Shown here in pieces: positions 54,603 to 63,374 of a stretch of 64,000 nucleotides of DNA. The stretch covers positions 497,031 to 561,030 of the forward strand of contig OY970356.1 of NCBI GenBank assembly GCA_963718685.1. Direction: 5' to 3'. The first letter of the stretch is position 1. Each line of letters starts with the position of its first letter. Both the position numbers and the translations under genes were made by a program. The notes under the pieces are model-generated. The model saw only the letters and a list, made by a program, of their open reading frames with translations. It made no database searches and was not told the DNA's origin. The DNA comes from an uncultured Candidatus Saccharibacteria bacterium (lineage in GTDB: Bacteria > Patescibacteriota > Saccharimonadia > Saccharimonadales > Saccharimonadaceae).

Positions 54603-55355
54603 CTAGGTTAGGTGAAAGATGAACAGCGAGGCGAAGGCTAGTAGGTTTTTGCCCATATGCACCATGATAGACGGCCATAAACGTCCGCTATGTTCGCGTA
54701 AGTAACAAAGCACTAGACTCAGCACAAAAACATCAATGCTGACATTCCACTGAAAATGCACCAGGCCAAAAAGCGCGCTGGTGATGATGGCTGCTATTTC
54801 AAAAGAGAAAATCCGCCGCAAATTGCCAAATAAATAACCGCGGAATAGCAACTCTTCCGCTATCGGCGCCAGGCCGACGAAAGTGACTAAAGCCAGCACA
54901 AACTCGAAGTCATTGTTAAGCGATTTTATGCCCACATCTTGCGCTTGGCTAAGGTTTATTGAAGGAAAAAGCAGGGTTACCAGCTGCATTGCCCAAAAAG
55001 CAAGCCCTAAATAAACCACGAAACCTAAGATCGCTATGCCAACGTCACGGACGCGTAGTGGCAAGTTTATACCAAGCAGTTTTTTCAGCTCTATTTTACT
55101 AGACCAAAGCTTCAGCCTGGCCGGCATGGCGATAGTTATTAATAAAACTAAGGCGTAGATTATGACGCTAATGCTGAATACAAAAGCAACCTTGTCGGTT
55201 CCGCCAAAGTCCCAGCCTAATTTTTCTGAAATATTGACACCAAGGGCTACTAAAATTTGCACGAATAAAAAGACTGAAAATACCCACAAAACCAGGCCGA
55301 AAGCTTGAAAGCTGCGAACCGGCAGATTCGGCTTAATGGAAAAATTTACTGACAT
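54603..55355 (-). CDS. CPBP (CAAX/Abi-type) intramembrane metalloprotease
   Basis: EELLFRGYLF and FGLVH motifs, polytopic. Confidence 0.8.
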   Translation of the reverse strand: MSVNFSIKPNLPVRSFQAFGLVLWVFSVFLFVQILVALGVNISEKLGWDFGGTDKVAFVFSISVIIYALVLLITIAMPARLKLWSSKIELKKLLGINLPLRVRDVGIAILGFVVYLGLAFWAMQLVTLLFPSINLSQAQDVGIKSLNNDFEFVLALVTFVGLAPIAEELLFRGYLFGNLRRIFSFEIAAIITSALFGLVHFQWNVSIDVFVLSLVLCYLREHSGRLWPSIMVHMGKNLLAFASLFIFHLT

Positions 55356-56499
55356 CGGCTGCCGTTACTACCACAACCAGCAGCATCAAAAAAGCAAAGC
55401 CGGTGCCATGGATTTTCTCTTCTTTTTCTTTAGTTAAAGGCTTTTTCAGGCCTTTGAAAACAAGTGTTACGAATAACCTGCCGCCGTCTAGCGCCGGTAT
55501 CGGCAGCACGTTAATAAGTGCCAGAGTCAGTGAGATGATGGCTGTTAGCAGCAAGAGCGAGGTTAAGCCTGACGCCACTGCTGCCGGGAAAATCACACCC
55601 AAAATCCCTATCGGCCCCGCCACGCTGGCGCCAGCTGCGCCAAGTTCTTTACTGCCTTCTGAGCGCGTAGTTTGGTCAGAGCTAAGTTTTGCCGTTAAAC
55701 CTTTGGCTATATTAACTACCAGATTGCCAAGTCCTTTGAAAGTTACGCCGGTAAACTGAGCTGTTGTGCCGATTCCAACAATTGGCGCAGACCATGTAGA
55801 TTTTTGGATTACCTGCTGGGTTGGGCTGACTCCCAGATAGCCTTCGTTGTTTTTATCACTACTATTTAACCGAATATTCGTATTAGCGCGTTGATTATCG
55901 TGTTTATAGACTACGCTCACCTTTTGGCCGCGATATTTTTGAGTTAGATTAACTAGTTTATCAGGGCTGGAAATGTGCTGATTATTAAGGCGAATAAGCT
56001 GGTCTTTCACCTTTAAGCCCGCTTTCTGAGCTGGTGAGTTGTCGCTTATAAAGCCGACAGTCACAGGTTTGGTGATAGTCGTGGTATCGCTTGGCACTTG
56101 AAATTGGTTATCTACCACTTTTGGAAGACCTGTAATAGCAAGTATTGTAAGAATAACAGCAGCAGCTAGCCAATTGATGGTTACTCCGGCCAGTAGAATC
56201 TTAGTTTTTGCCCACATGCTAGCTGCACCGTAATCACCCTTTTTATGAGCTGCGTCGTTTTCGCCCTGCAACTTAACAAAGCCGCCAAGCGGCAGCCAAT
56301 TGATACTAAAAAGCACACCGTTTTTTAATTTTTTAGACCAAGCTTTGGGTGGAAAGCCGATTCCGAACTCTTCTACTATTACGCCGTTACGACGGGCTGC
56401 TATGGCGTGGCCTAGTTCGTGGATGACCACTAAAACGACCAATATCAGCAAGCCGACACAAATTCCTCCTACCAAACCCAGCACTCCGATAAAACTCAT
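55333..56499 (-). CDS. rseP: site-2 (RIP) metalloprotease RseP family
   Basis: HELGHAIAARRNG, PDZ, NVLPIPALDGG. Confidence 0.85.
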   Translation of the reverse strand: MSFIGVLGLVGGICVGLLILVVLVVIHELGHAIAARRNGVIVEEFGIGFPPKAWSKKLKNGVLFSINWLPLGGFVKLQGENDAAHKKGDYGAASMWAKTKILLAGVTINWLAAAVILTILAITGLPKVVDNQFQVPSDTTTITKPVTVGFISDNSPAQKAGLKVKDQLIRLNNQHISSPDKLVNLTQKYRGQKVSVVYKHDNQRANTNIRLNSSDKNNEGYLGVSPTQQVIQKSTWSAPIVGIGTTAQFTGVTFKGLGNLVVNIAKGLTAKLSSDQTTRSEGSKELGAAGASVAGPIGILGVIFPAAVASGLTSLLLLTAIISLTLALINVLPIPALDGGRLFVTLVFKGLKKPLTKEKEEKIHGTGFAFLMLLVVVVTAADVSKFFH

Positions 56500-56522
56500 T
56501 TACCCTCCTTGAGCAGTCTTAA

Positions 56523-57077
56523 TTATATTGTGAGAATTTCCTTCTCTTTTGCCGCGGCGACAGCTTCGGCTTTGCCCTGAAAGTCGCTTACCAGATCGTC
56601 AAGCGCTTTTGAAACCCGATGAAAATCGTCGTCAGAAAGCTCTTTTTTGTCTTTTTGATTTTTAGCATCTTTGATAGCGTCGTGGCGAACATTGCGGATT
56701 GCAATCCGGCAATCTTCTACTTTGTCGCTTAGTTGTTTGGCAATTTGGCGCCGGCGTTCTTCGGTCAGTTGCGGAACCGGCACGCGCACGATGCGGCCAT
56801 CGTCGCTTGGGTTAAAGCCTAGACCTTGATCTTGGCGGATCGCTTCAACTACCGCTTCCACATTGTTTTGGTCAAACGGATGAACCTGCAAAAGCTGCGG
56901 TTCGGGAGCAGTTACGTTGGCAACCTGATTAAGCGGCATTTTGGTACCGTAAGCTTCCACGGTAATACCATCTAGCATATTAGGATGGGCCCGGCCGGTG
57001 CGGATTTTCTTTATTTCGTCTTGAAAGTGGCTAAGAGCCTGCCCCATCCGGCTTTCATAAGTCGTGGTGTCAAACAT
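56523..57077 (-). CDS. frr: ribosome recycling factor
   Basis: 184 aa. IRTGRAHPNMLDGITVEAYG typical of RRF. Confidence 0.9.
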   Translation of the reverse strand: MFDTTTYESRMGQALSHFQDEIKKIRTGRAHPNMLDGITVEAYGTKMPLNQVANVTAPEPQLLQVHPFDQNNVEAVVEAIRQDQGLGFNPSDDGRIVRVPVPQLTEERRRQIAKQLSDKVEDCRIAIRNVRHDAIKDAKNQKDKKELSDDDFHRVSKALDDLVSDFQGKAEAVAAAKEKEILTI

Positions 57078-57084
57078 ATCTATA

Positions 57085-57090
57085 ATTATA
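57085..57090 (-). promoter_or_regulatory. -10 box (TATAAT) 7 nt upstream of the frr ATG
   Basis: Minus strand CGCTATAATTATAGATATG, no SD. Lies directly after the 57106-57134 terminator. Confidence 0.35.
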
Positions 57091-57105
57091 GCGTAGTTTA
57101 GGCAT

Positions 57106-57134
57106 AAAAAAAGGACTGCCTGAGTGGCGAGTCC
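57106..57134 (-). terminator. intrinsic terminator between the 175-aa gene and frr
   Basis: Minus strand GGACTCGCC-ACTCA-GGCAGTCC followed by T7. Confidence 0.65.
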
Positions 57135-57217
57135 GAAATTATTACAAAAGAGATACCTTGGAAGTTGTGGGCTGGTCCGCGGGTTTTGCCCCGCGAACCA
57201 GCCTTTGCTCTCCCTGA

Positions 57218-57745
57218 CTAAGCTGTGCTCTCGAGGGGCTTGTGAGTCTTTGCGCCCTTCATTTGCATGGTGCGAGCCCTATCAGCTGCTTGGCGTTCGG
57301 CCTTCTTGGCCTGGCGCCTGCGCCGATGTGATGAAGTGCTGCGGCGATTCCGTTCGAGTTTGTTCTCGGCCTGGATCTCGCTGCAATGAACTTGCCGAAG
57401 CAAGTCTTCCATTTTTCGCTGTTCTTTGACCGGCACCTTGGCAGTCAGTTTAGTCCTCAGCAAGTCCTGTTCTCGACGGTAGAGACGGCGAAAACTTTCC
57501 GTCTCAAGTGCCAGAACGCGAACCTCGTTGAACTCATGACGGTAAACCGTCACGAGAGCGCTGATTCGCCCCTTGTGGCTTCCGTTAGCCAGCTTTTGCG
57601 GCAACCAGCCTCCAATTTTGGAGAGCTGGTGCTCACTCAGGCGTTGGAGCAGCTTGTTGCACTCCTTGACAGTTTTCTGCCAGGACCGCTCCAGCGTCCC
57701 CCGTTTTATAGGCTTCGGGAGAGTAGCCTCGGTAAAAGCAGACAT
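57218..57745 (-). CDS. basic hypothetical protein on a GC-rich insert
   Basis: ATG at 57745 preceded by GGAAGAGG. 175 aa with an Arg/Lys-rich tail (RRSTSSHRRRRQAKKAERQ). A 14-bp-stem hairpin at 57170-57203 follows the stop. Confidence 0.55.
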   Translation of the reverse strand: MSAFTEATLPKPIKRGTLERSWQKTVKECNKLLQRLSEHQLSKIGGWLPQKLANGSHKGRISALVTVYRHEFNEVRVLALETESFRRLYRREQDLLRTKLTAKVPVKEQRKMEDLLRQVHCSEIQAENKLERNRRSTSSHRRRRQAKKAERQAADRARTMQMKGAKTHKPLESTA

Positions 57746-57900
57746 TTTGCTCAACCTCTTCCTTAGTTGACAATCTAAAACCCGATCACTGCACAAATAA
57801 GCTTATACAGTTATAGGGTCCTAGATTTACCAAAGAGGTGGTATCTCTTTTGTAAATGTACTTATACGAAGAACTCCACGCTCAATTCGTATTGCGTAAC

Positions 57901-57929
57901 ATATTAACATATATTATATATATTGTCAA
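57901..57929 (-). promoter_or_regulatory. possible promoter (TTGACA-17-TAATAT) downstream of tsf
   Basis: Read on minus. The region is very AT-rich, so a chance match is possible. Confidence 0.3.
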
Positions 57930-57952
57930 TATATTCTATAAGAATGGTCAGT

Positions 57953-58552
57953 TTATTCGCTACTACCGCCAAGCTCGATGCGTTTCATCTGGCGCACTAC
58001 GATATTCTCACCTAGCCGGGCAATGTGGTCTTTTACTAAATCGCCAACTGTAACGTCCGGGTTTTTAACAAAAGCTTGAGTATAGAGAGTTTTTTCTGCA
58101 AAATGTTTTTTTACCTGACCATCGACGATTTTATCAATCATATCGCTTGGTTTGCCTTCGTTTTTAGCTTTTTCGGCAAATTCGGCTTTAACCCGTTTGG
58201 TTTCCGCAGCTGGAACGTCTTTTTCCTCGATGTATTCAGGTGCCATTGCGGAAATATGCAGTGCGATGTCATGAACCAGGGTTTTAAAGTCATCAGTTCG
58301 AGCCACGAAGTCAGTTTCGCAGTTTACTTCCACTACAACACCGATTCTACCGCTATGCACGTAAGAATCAACTAGACCTTCGCGTGCCTCGCGATCGCCC
58401 TTTTTCTCAGCTTTGGTCAGACCTTTTTTGCGCATGGCTTGTAGGGCTTTGTCGAAGTCGCCTTTGGCTTCTTCAAGCGCAGCTTTAGCATCGCTTAAGC
58501 CTACGCCGGTTAAGTCTTTGAGTTTTTTAACGTCTTCTAGTGATATTGCCAT
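57953..58552 (-). CDS. tsf: elongation factor Ts (short form)
   Basis: UBA-like N-terminus VKKLKDLTGVGLSDAKAALEEAKGDFDKAL, 199 aa, directly downstream of rpsB. Confidence 0.9.
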   Translation of the reverse strand: MAISLEDVKKLKDLTGVGLSDAKAALEEAKGDFDKALQAMRKKGLTKAEKKGDREAREGLVDSYVHSGRIGVVVEVNCETDFVARTDDFKTLVHDIALHISAMAPEYIEEKDVPAAETKRVKAEFAEKAKNEGKPSDMIDKIVDGQVKKHFAEKTLYTQAFVKNPDVTVGDLVKDHIARLGENIVVRQMKRIELGGSSE

Positions 58553-58566
58553 TGTTTCCTCTTTTA

Positions 58567-59286
58567 TTACTTAGATTGTTTCGGTGCGGCAGATTTGCGC
58601 TTTGTCAAACCTTCGTTAACCGCCTGTTTTATGTAGTCTAAAATCAGTTGGATTCCCTTGATGGCGTCGTCGTTGCCTGGAATAACGTAGTCTATCATCC
58701 CAGGATCGGCGTTGGTATCAACCAGAGCAACTACGGGAATGCCAAGTTTATTGGCTTCGCGAACCGCATTATTGTCAGCGTTTACGTCAACCACAAACAC
58801 TGCTCCCGGCTGGCCGTCCAAATCTTTAACGCCACCGTATTTCAGATTTAACATGTCGATTTCTTCCTGAAAACGCTGCACTTCCAACTTGGAATAGCGA
58901 TTAGCAAGCTCGCCGCTTTCCATGCGTCGTTCAAGCAGCTTAAGGTGTTTGATTTGTTTGCCGATTGTTGCTGCGTTGGTTAGCGTACCGCCAAGCCAAC
59001 GTTCATTTACGTAAGACTGGCCCACTTCTTTGGCCGTAGCTTTTACAATATCTTGAGCCTGGCGCTTAGTGCCAACCAACAGAATTTGCTTGCCATTTGC
59101 TACTACCTCTGTAATGAAAGGTAGAGCTTTATCAAGACCCTCCACAGTTTTAGTCAGGTCAATGATATGACTATCTTGGCGCTTGCTATGAATATACTGC
59201 GCCATTTTAGGGTGCCAGCGGCTGGTTTTGTGACCGAAGTGCACGCCCGATTCTAAAAGTTTTTTAATATCGACAGTAACTGCCAT
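58567..59286 (-). CDS. rpsB: 30S ribosomal protein S2
   Basis: LLESGVHFGHKTSRWHPKM. AAGGAG SD 7 nt before the ATG at 59286. Confidence 0.9.
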   Translation of the reverse strand: MAVTVDIKKLLESGVHFGHKTSRWHPKMAQYIHSKRQDSHIIDLTKTVEGLDKALPFITEVVANGKQILLVGTKRQAQDIVKATAKEVGQSYVNERWLGGTLTNAATIGKQIKHLKLLERRMESGELANRYSKLEVQRFQEEIDMLNLKYGGVKDLDGQPGAVFVVDVNADNNAVREANKLGIPVVALVDTNADPGMIDYVIPGNDDAIKGIQLILDYIKQAVNEGLTKRKSAAPKQSK

Positions 59287-59497
59287 TGAGTACTCCTTTT
59301 TCCTCACTCACACTTTTATTCAGAAGTTTAAACTGTGAGTTGTGTCGTTAAGTATTTTTACATATGTCATTATAACAGATACACTCACATATACAAACCT
59401 ATATTGCTTTTTATAGCCTTTAGTTATATAATCAACTAATAGGAAAGAATCTTTTTGTACATTGCGGCGGCAAAACCCGACCCTGAAAGGTCAGCCT

Positions 59498-59782
59498 ATG
59501 ATAACGGAAGAAAAATTGGGTGCGGCTTTGGGCTTCGTGCTATTCCTGCTGGTCGCAGTGGGAGTACACATCGACAGCCAAAGCGCACAAGCTCATTACG
59601 CAGGTAACTCTGCCTTCGATGCAGTTATTTTCCACCTCCTTTACGGCTGTGCTTTTGCATTCCTAGCCATAGTGGCAGTGGTGATAGCAGCAATAGCGGT
59701 TATCGCCATAATGGCTCTGGTAATCATCGGCATTGTGTTAGCCATCGATCGGGCTATCAAGCCTATAGAATCGATGGGTTAA
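59498..59782 (+). CDS. small hydrophobic membrane protein, GC-rich
   Basis: ATG at 59498 (track TTG at 59462). Two or three TM segments, Ala/Ile/Val-rich. Confidence 0.5.
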   Translation: MITEEKLGAALGFVLFLLVAVGVHIDSQSAQAHYAGNSAFDAVIFHLLYGCAFAFLAIVAVVIAAIAVIAIMALVIIGIVLAIDRAIKPIESMG

Positions 59783-59848
59783 CTCACCGCCCCTGCGCTC
59801 CCTTGGCACCGATGATCAAGGGAATTTGTGCAAATGATTCTTTTATAA

Positions 59849-59885
59849 AGCTGGAAGCGATTTTATTCGCTCCAGCTATTTTTTT
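59849..59885 (+). terminator. intrinsic terminator
   Basis: AGCTGGAAGCG-ATTTTATT-CGCTCCAGCT followed by a T-run. Confidence 0.65.
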
Positions 59886-59912
59886 GACTTTAGGTATAAA
59901 AACAGATACAAT
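59884..59912 (+). promoter_or_regulatory. rpmE promoter (TTGACT-17-TACAAT), 11 nt before the ATG
   Basis: -35 at 59884-59889, -10 at 59907-59912, no SD before the ATG at 59924. Confidence 0.5.
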
Positions 59913-59923
59913 ACTTCAAGTTT

Positions 59924-60259
59924 ATGAAACAAGGATTACACCCAACCGACTATCGACCAGTCGTCTTCCAGGACGAAACTGCCGGCTTTGCGTTTTTAAC
60001 GCAATCGACAGTTCAAACTAAAGAAACTATCAAGTGGGAAGACGGCAAAGAATACCCGCTTGTTAAAGTGCCTATTTCAAGTGCTTCGCACCCTTACTAC
60101 ACTGGTGACGAAAAGATTATCGATACCGAAGGACGAGTCGACCGCTTTAAAGCTCGTTCCGCTGCCGCGGCCAAGCGCAAAGCTGCTCTAGCTAACAAAG
60201 CCAAGAAGTCCGCCAAGCAAGCTGCTAAAAAAGCAGCTGAAGCTGAAGAAGATAAATAA
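59924..60259 (+). CDS. rpmE: 50S ribosomal protein L31, type B (no zinc Cys motif), Lys/Ala-rich tail
   Basis: [17 protein letters not shown] ... SASHPYYTG. Confidence 0.9.
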   Translation: MKQGLHPTDYRPVVFQDETAGFAFLTQSTVQTKETIKWEDGKEYPLVKVPISSASHPYYTGDEKIIDTEGRVDRFKARSAAAAKRKAALANKAKKSAKQAAKKAAEAEEDK

Positions 60260-60294
60260 CTACGGGCGGCCTCGCCCACTCCGGAGGCGTGAAC

Positions 60295-61350
60295 ATGGCG
60301 TCACCACAATTTAATGCTGACGAGCTAAAAGCTGAGAAAAAAGAACTGGAAAAGTTTTTGGCTGAACCAGACGCTTATTCTAAAGATGATTTTCAATCAA
60401 AAAGTAGGCGCTTAAGTGAAGTTTCTGAATTATTGTCTGAAATCAGCCAAAAAGAAAGCCTGGAAAAGCAGTTGGCTGAAGCCAACCAACTAGCCCAAAG
60501 CGATGATGAACTGGCGGAGCTGGCTAAACAAGAAATTCCTGATTTAGAAAAAAAGTTAACTTCTCTTGATGATAACTTAAATGAAATGCTCATTCCCAAA
60601 GATCCTAACGACGAAAAAAACGTTATTGTGGAAATCCGGGCCGGTGCAGGTGGCGACGAAGCCAGTTTATTCGCCGGCGAACTGCTGCGTATGTATCTAC
60701 GCTATTGTGAAAATAAGGGCTTAAAAACCGAGCTGCTGAGCGAGAGCCCTTCAGAAGTCGGTGGATATAAAGAAGTTATTTTTGGCGCAAAGGGCGAGTC
60801 GCCTTATGCCAGCCTAAAGTTTGAAAGCGGCGTACACCGCGTGCAGCGCGTACCGGCAACAGAAAGCCAGGGACGTATTCATACCAGCACTGTAACGGTG
60901 GCGGTTTTACCAGAAGCTGAAGAAAAAGATATAGAAATCAATCCGGCAGACCTTAGAGTTGACGTTTATCGCGCCAGCGGACATGGCGGGCAGAGTGTGA
61001 ACACTACAGACTCGGCAGTGCGCATTACTCACTTACCTACCGGTTTGGTAGTTGCCAACCAAGATGAAAAATCGCAGATTAAAAACAAAGCCAAAGCCAT
61101 GAGCGTGCTGCGCTCCAGGTTGCTGCAAATGAAGATCGAAGAAGAAAATGCCAAAGAATCGGCTCATCGCAAAAGCTTGATAGGAACCGGTGATAGAAGC
61201 GAGAAAATCCGCACTTATAACTTCCCTCAAGACAGAATTACCGACCATCGGATAAGCTACTCTCGCAGCAATATTCCCGCCGCAATGGACGGGAATATAG
61301 ATGATTTGGTAGAAAGACTGCAGGCTGCCGAGCGCGAGCTGGCGAGTTAA
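60295..61350 (+). CDS. prfA: peptide chain release factor 1
   Basis: PAT tripeptide ([13 protein letters not shown]), GGQ ([16 protein letters not shown]). GGAGG SD 7 nt before the ATG at 60295. Confidence 0.9.
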   Translation: MASPQFNADELKAEKKELEKFLAEPDAYSKDDFQSKSRRLSEVSELLSEISQKESLEKQLAEANQLAQSDDELAELAKQEIPDLEKKLTSLDDNLNEMLIPKDPNDEKNVIVEIRAGAGGDEASLFAGELLRMYLRYCENKGLKTELLSESPSEVGGYKEVIFGAKGESPYASLKFESGVHRVQRVPATESQGRIHTSTVTVAVLPEAEEKDIEINPADLRVDVYRASGHGGQSVNTTDSAVRITHLPTGLVVANQDEKSQIKNKAKAMSVLRSRLLQMKIEEENAKESAHRKSLIGTGDRSEKIRTYNFPQDRITDHRISYSRSNIPAAMDGNIDDLVERLQAAERELAS

Positions 61351-61372
61351 AGTTTTTTAATAAAATCCTAGA

Positions 61373-61834
61373 TTATATACCTGCGCCGTACCTAGTATTT
61401 CTTTCTCTTATTTTTTCTCGTTCTTCTGTATACTTAGCTACTTGTTCCGCATCTGTTAAAGGCTTAGAATCTGGAGTTTTCTCTTCCACTACCTTTACTC
61501 TCCCTGCAATATCAGGATTTTCGCTAATTACATGGCCGGCAGATTCAGCTTCTTTTTTAGCAGCATCTACATAAGCTTGTTTGTTAGCTTCAAGGTGCGC
61601 TCGACTTTCATCCAGTTGTTTACCAGTTGCTGCAATTGCTTCTTCACGAGCTTTAAGAGCAGGTTCTCTTTTTTCTGGCCACATTCTTTCTTCTAGCCCT
61701 TCTTCTCCAAGTTTTGGTAGGGCAGCTTCTTGAGCTGTTGCCTCTTCTTTAGATAATTCTTCATGCTTTGCATACATTTCTGCTGCTTGATCACTGACTG
61801 ATCTTTCTCTTTCTGGTGTTAGTGTTTCGCCCAT
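61373..61834 (-). CDS. acidic helical hypothetical protein
   Basis: 153-aa E/K/A-rich ORF. Shares the leader motif AAAACAAAAAGGAAAA with the next two genes. Confidence 0.5.
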   Translation of the reverse strand: MGETLTPERERSVSDQAAEMYAKHEELSKEEATAQEAALPKLGEEGLEERMWPEKREPALKAREEAIAATGKQLDESRAHLEANKQAYVDAAKKEAESAGHVISENPDIAGRVKVVEEKTPDSKPLTDAEQVAKYTEEREKIRERNTRYGAGI

Positions 61835-61853
61835 TTTTATTTTCCTTTTTGTT

Positions 61854-62624
61854 TTAATGCTTTTTTGGCTGTTTTATATCTACGCCAGCTGCTTTCAAAG
61901 CTCGTTTTGCGGCTTCATCGGCTAACCTGGCAGATTCCATATTAGTCTTATCGGCCTCAGACCAAACAGACGCTTCGCTGCGATCAATATCAGCTACAGT
62001 AAGGTGCGAATGTCCAGATCGTTTGCGTTCCTCGTATATATCATCCATATGTGGCTTTTCGGCAAGTGCCGCATCATGCGCCAAATCCGAATCAACTTCT
62101 CGTACAGGAAATGCGCGCTCACGAGCCTCGTTAATCTTTTGTGCTATCTTTGCTTTAACAGCCTCAGCTGCTTCGTGGTCTTCCCGGCTCTTTCCTTCAC
62201 CACCATTTACCGCATCGCCGAAAACTGACACATCTTCACCCGCAGAAGGTCCTCTTACTCCAGCGAATATGCCATCGCCTCTTCGAGTAAGAGCAGATGC
62301 ATCAATCATTACCCAGGCAGACTCTTCGGTGCCGTCTGGATTAATTATTCTTACCTCCACAACATCTTTTAGTACTCCATCTTTTTCAGGATCAATGGAC
62401 TCATCGCTACCCTCACGATCTTTAGATCTAAATAATTTTATCTTGGTTCCATCTTCTTCCTCAAGTCTAGTTCGATTTGAAGTAGGGTGGTCTTCAGAAG
62501 GAATCGCATCTACGGCATCTACAATCGCCCGATCGCCTTCGGAAAGCGGGCCTAACCACTGCTCAATTTTTTCTGCGCGTGAGTCCACGGGCTTTGGTGC
62601 TTCTAGAACTTCAGCTTTTGACAT
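61854..62624 (-). CDS. acidic hypothetical protein, paralogue family
   Basis: 256 aa. Segment AWVMIDASALTRRGDGIFAGV resembles AIAINASAFSAEGDGTTVVT in the 62687 gene. Confidence 0.5.
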   Translation of the reverse strand: MSKAEVLEAPKPVDSRAEKIEQWLGPLSEGDRAIVDAVDAIPSEDHPTSNRTRLEEEDGTKIKLFRSKDREGSDESIDPEKDGVLKDVVEVRIINPDGTEESAWVMIDASALTRRGDGIFAGVRGPSAGEDVSVFGDAVNGGEGKSREDHEAAEAVKAKIAQKINEARERAFPVREVDSDLAHDAALAEKPHMDDIYEERKRSGHSHLTVADIDRSEASVWSEADKTNMESARLADEAAKRALKAAGVDIKQPKKH

Positions 62625-62686
62625 ATCTTTTTCCTAACTTTTTGTTTTAACGTTTTATCAATTTAAACTTTAGCTAATAGATTGTT

Positions 62687-63268
62687 TTAATCATCCCATC
62701 CATGGCTAGAATCGATATCTGGAGTAGTCAATCCAACCCTATCTACATCCTGATTTATAGCGTTCAGGACTGGCATTAACATCATTCTTTCTACTGGAGA
62801 TAACTTCGATAGAGGCACTACTTCCCCGCTATTGTTAACGTCTACGCCTAGTTCACCTTCTTCGTTACGGGTAACCACTGTAGTTCCGTCGCCTTCAGCA
62901 GAAAAGGCAGAGGCGTTGATAGCAATAGCTTCACCGCCACCTTCTAGTTTTCGATACTGGACCGCTAGCGTAGTGTCTGGCGATCCTTCTTCTCCATCAC
63001 TAGACCAAGGAATTAAACATTCTGCATCTGTATTCTTCTTTCCGTTTTTTTCATTGCCTTGATCGATGGCAACTTGCATTTTTGACGCGATACCATCAAA
63101 ATCTGCCGATACTGAACTTTCTATGCGCTCATCCAATTCTTTACTTAGTCCTAGCCTATTGGTAATTCTAAGCATAATACGCTCTCTTCGCGAGAGACCT
63201 TCAAGCAGTTTTTCTCCCGCAATAGCTTCTGGGGCACTTTTTGGTTTTTGTACTTTTTCTCTTAGCAT
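62687..63268 (-). CDS. acidic hypothetical protein, paralogue family
   Basis: 193 aa. Its leader ATCTTTTTTCCTAACTTTTTGTTTT nearly matches the one at 62625-62650. Confidence 0.5.
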   Translation of the reverse strand: MLREKVQKPKSAPEAIAGEKLLEGLSRRERIMLRITNRLGLSKELDERIESSVSADFDGIASKMQVAIDQGNEKNGKKNTDAECLIPWSSDGEEGSPDTTLAVQYRKLEGGGEAIAINASAFSAEGDGTTVVTRNEEGELGVDVNNSGEVVPLSKLSPVERMMLMPVLNAINQDVDRVGLTTPDIDSSHGWDD

Positions 63269-63374
63269 ATCTTTTTTCCTAACTTTTTGTTTTTTATGAA
63301 CTTAAGCACTACCATAGCAAACTTAAGCGTTTTTGTCAATGCTAGCGATTTGAAAGTAGGGTAGAATGTTAGTT

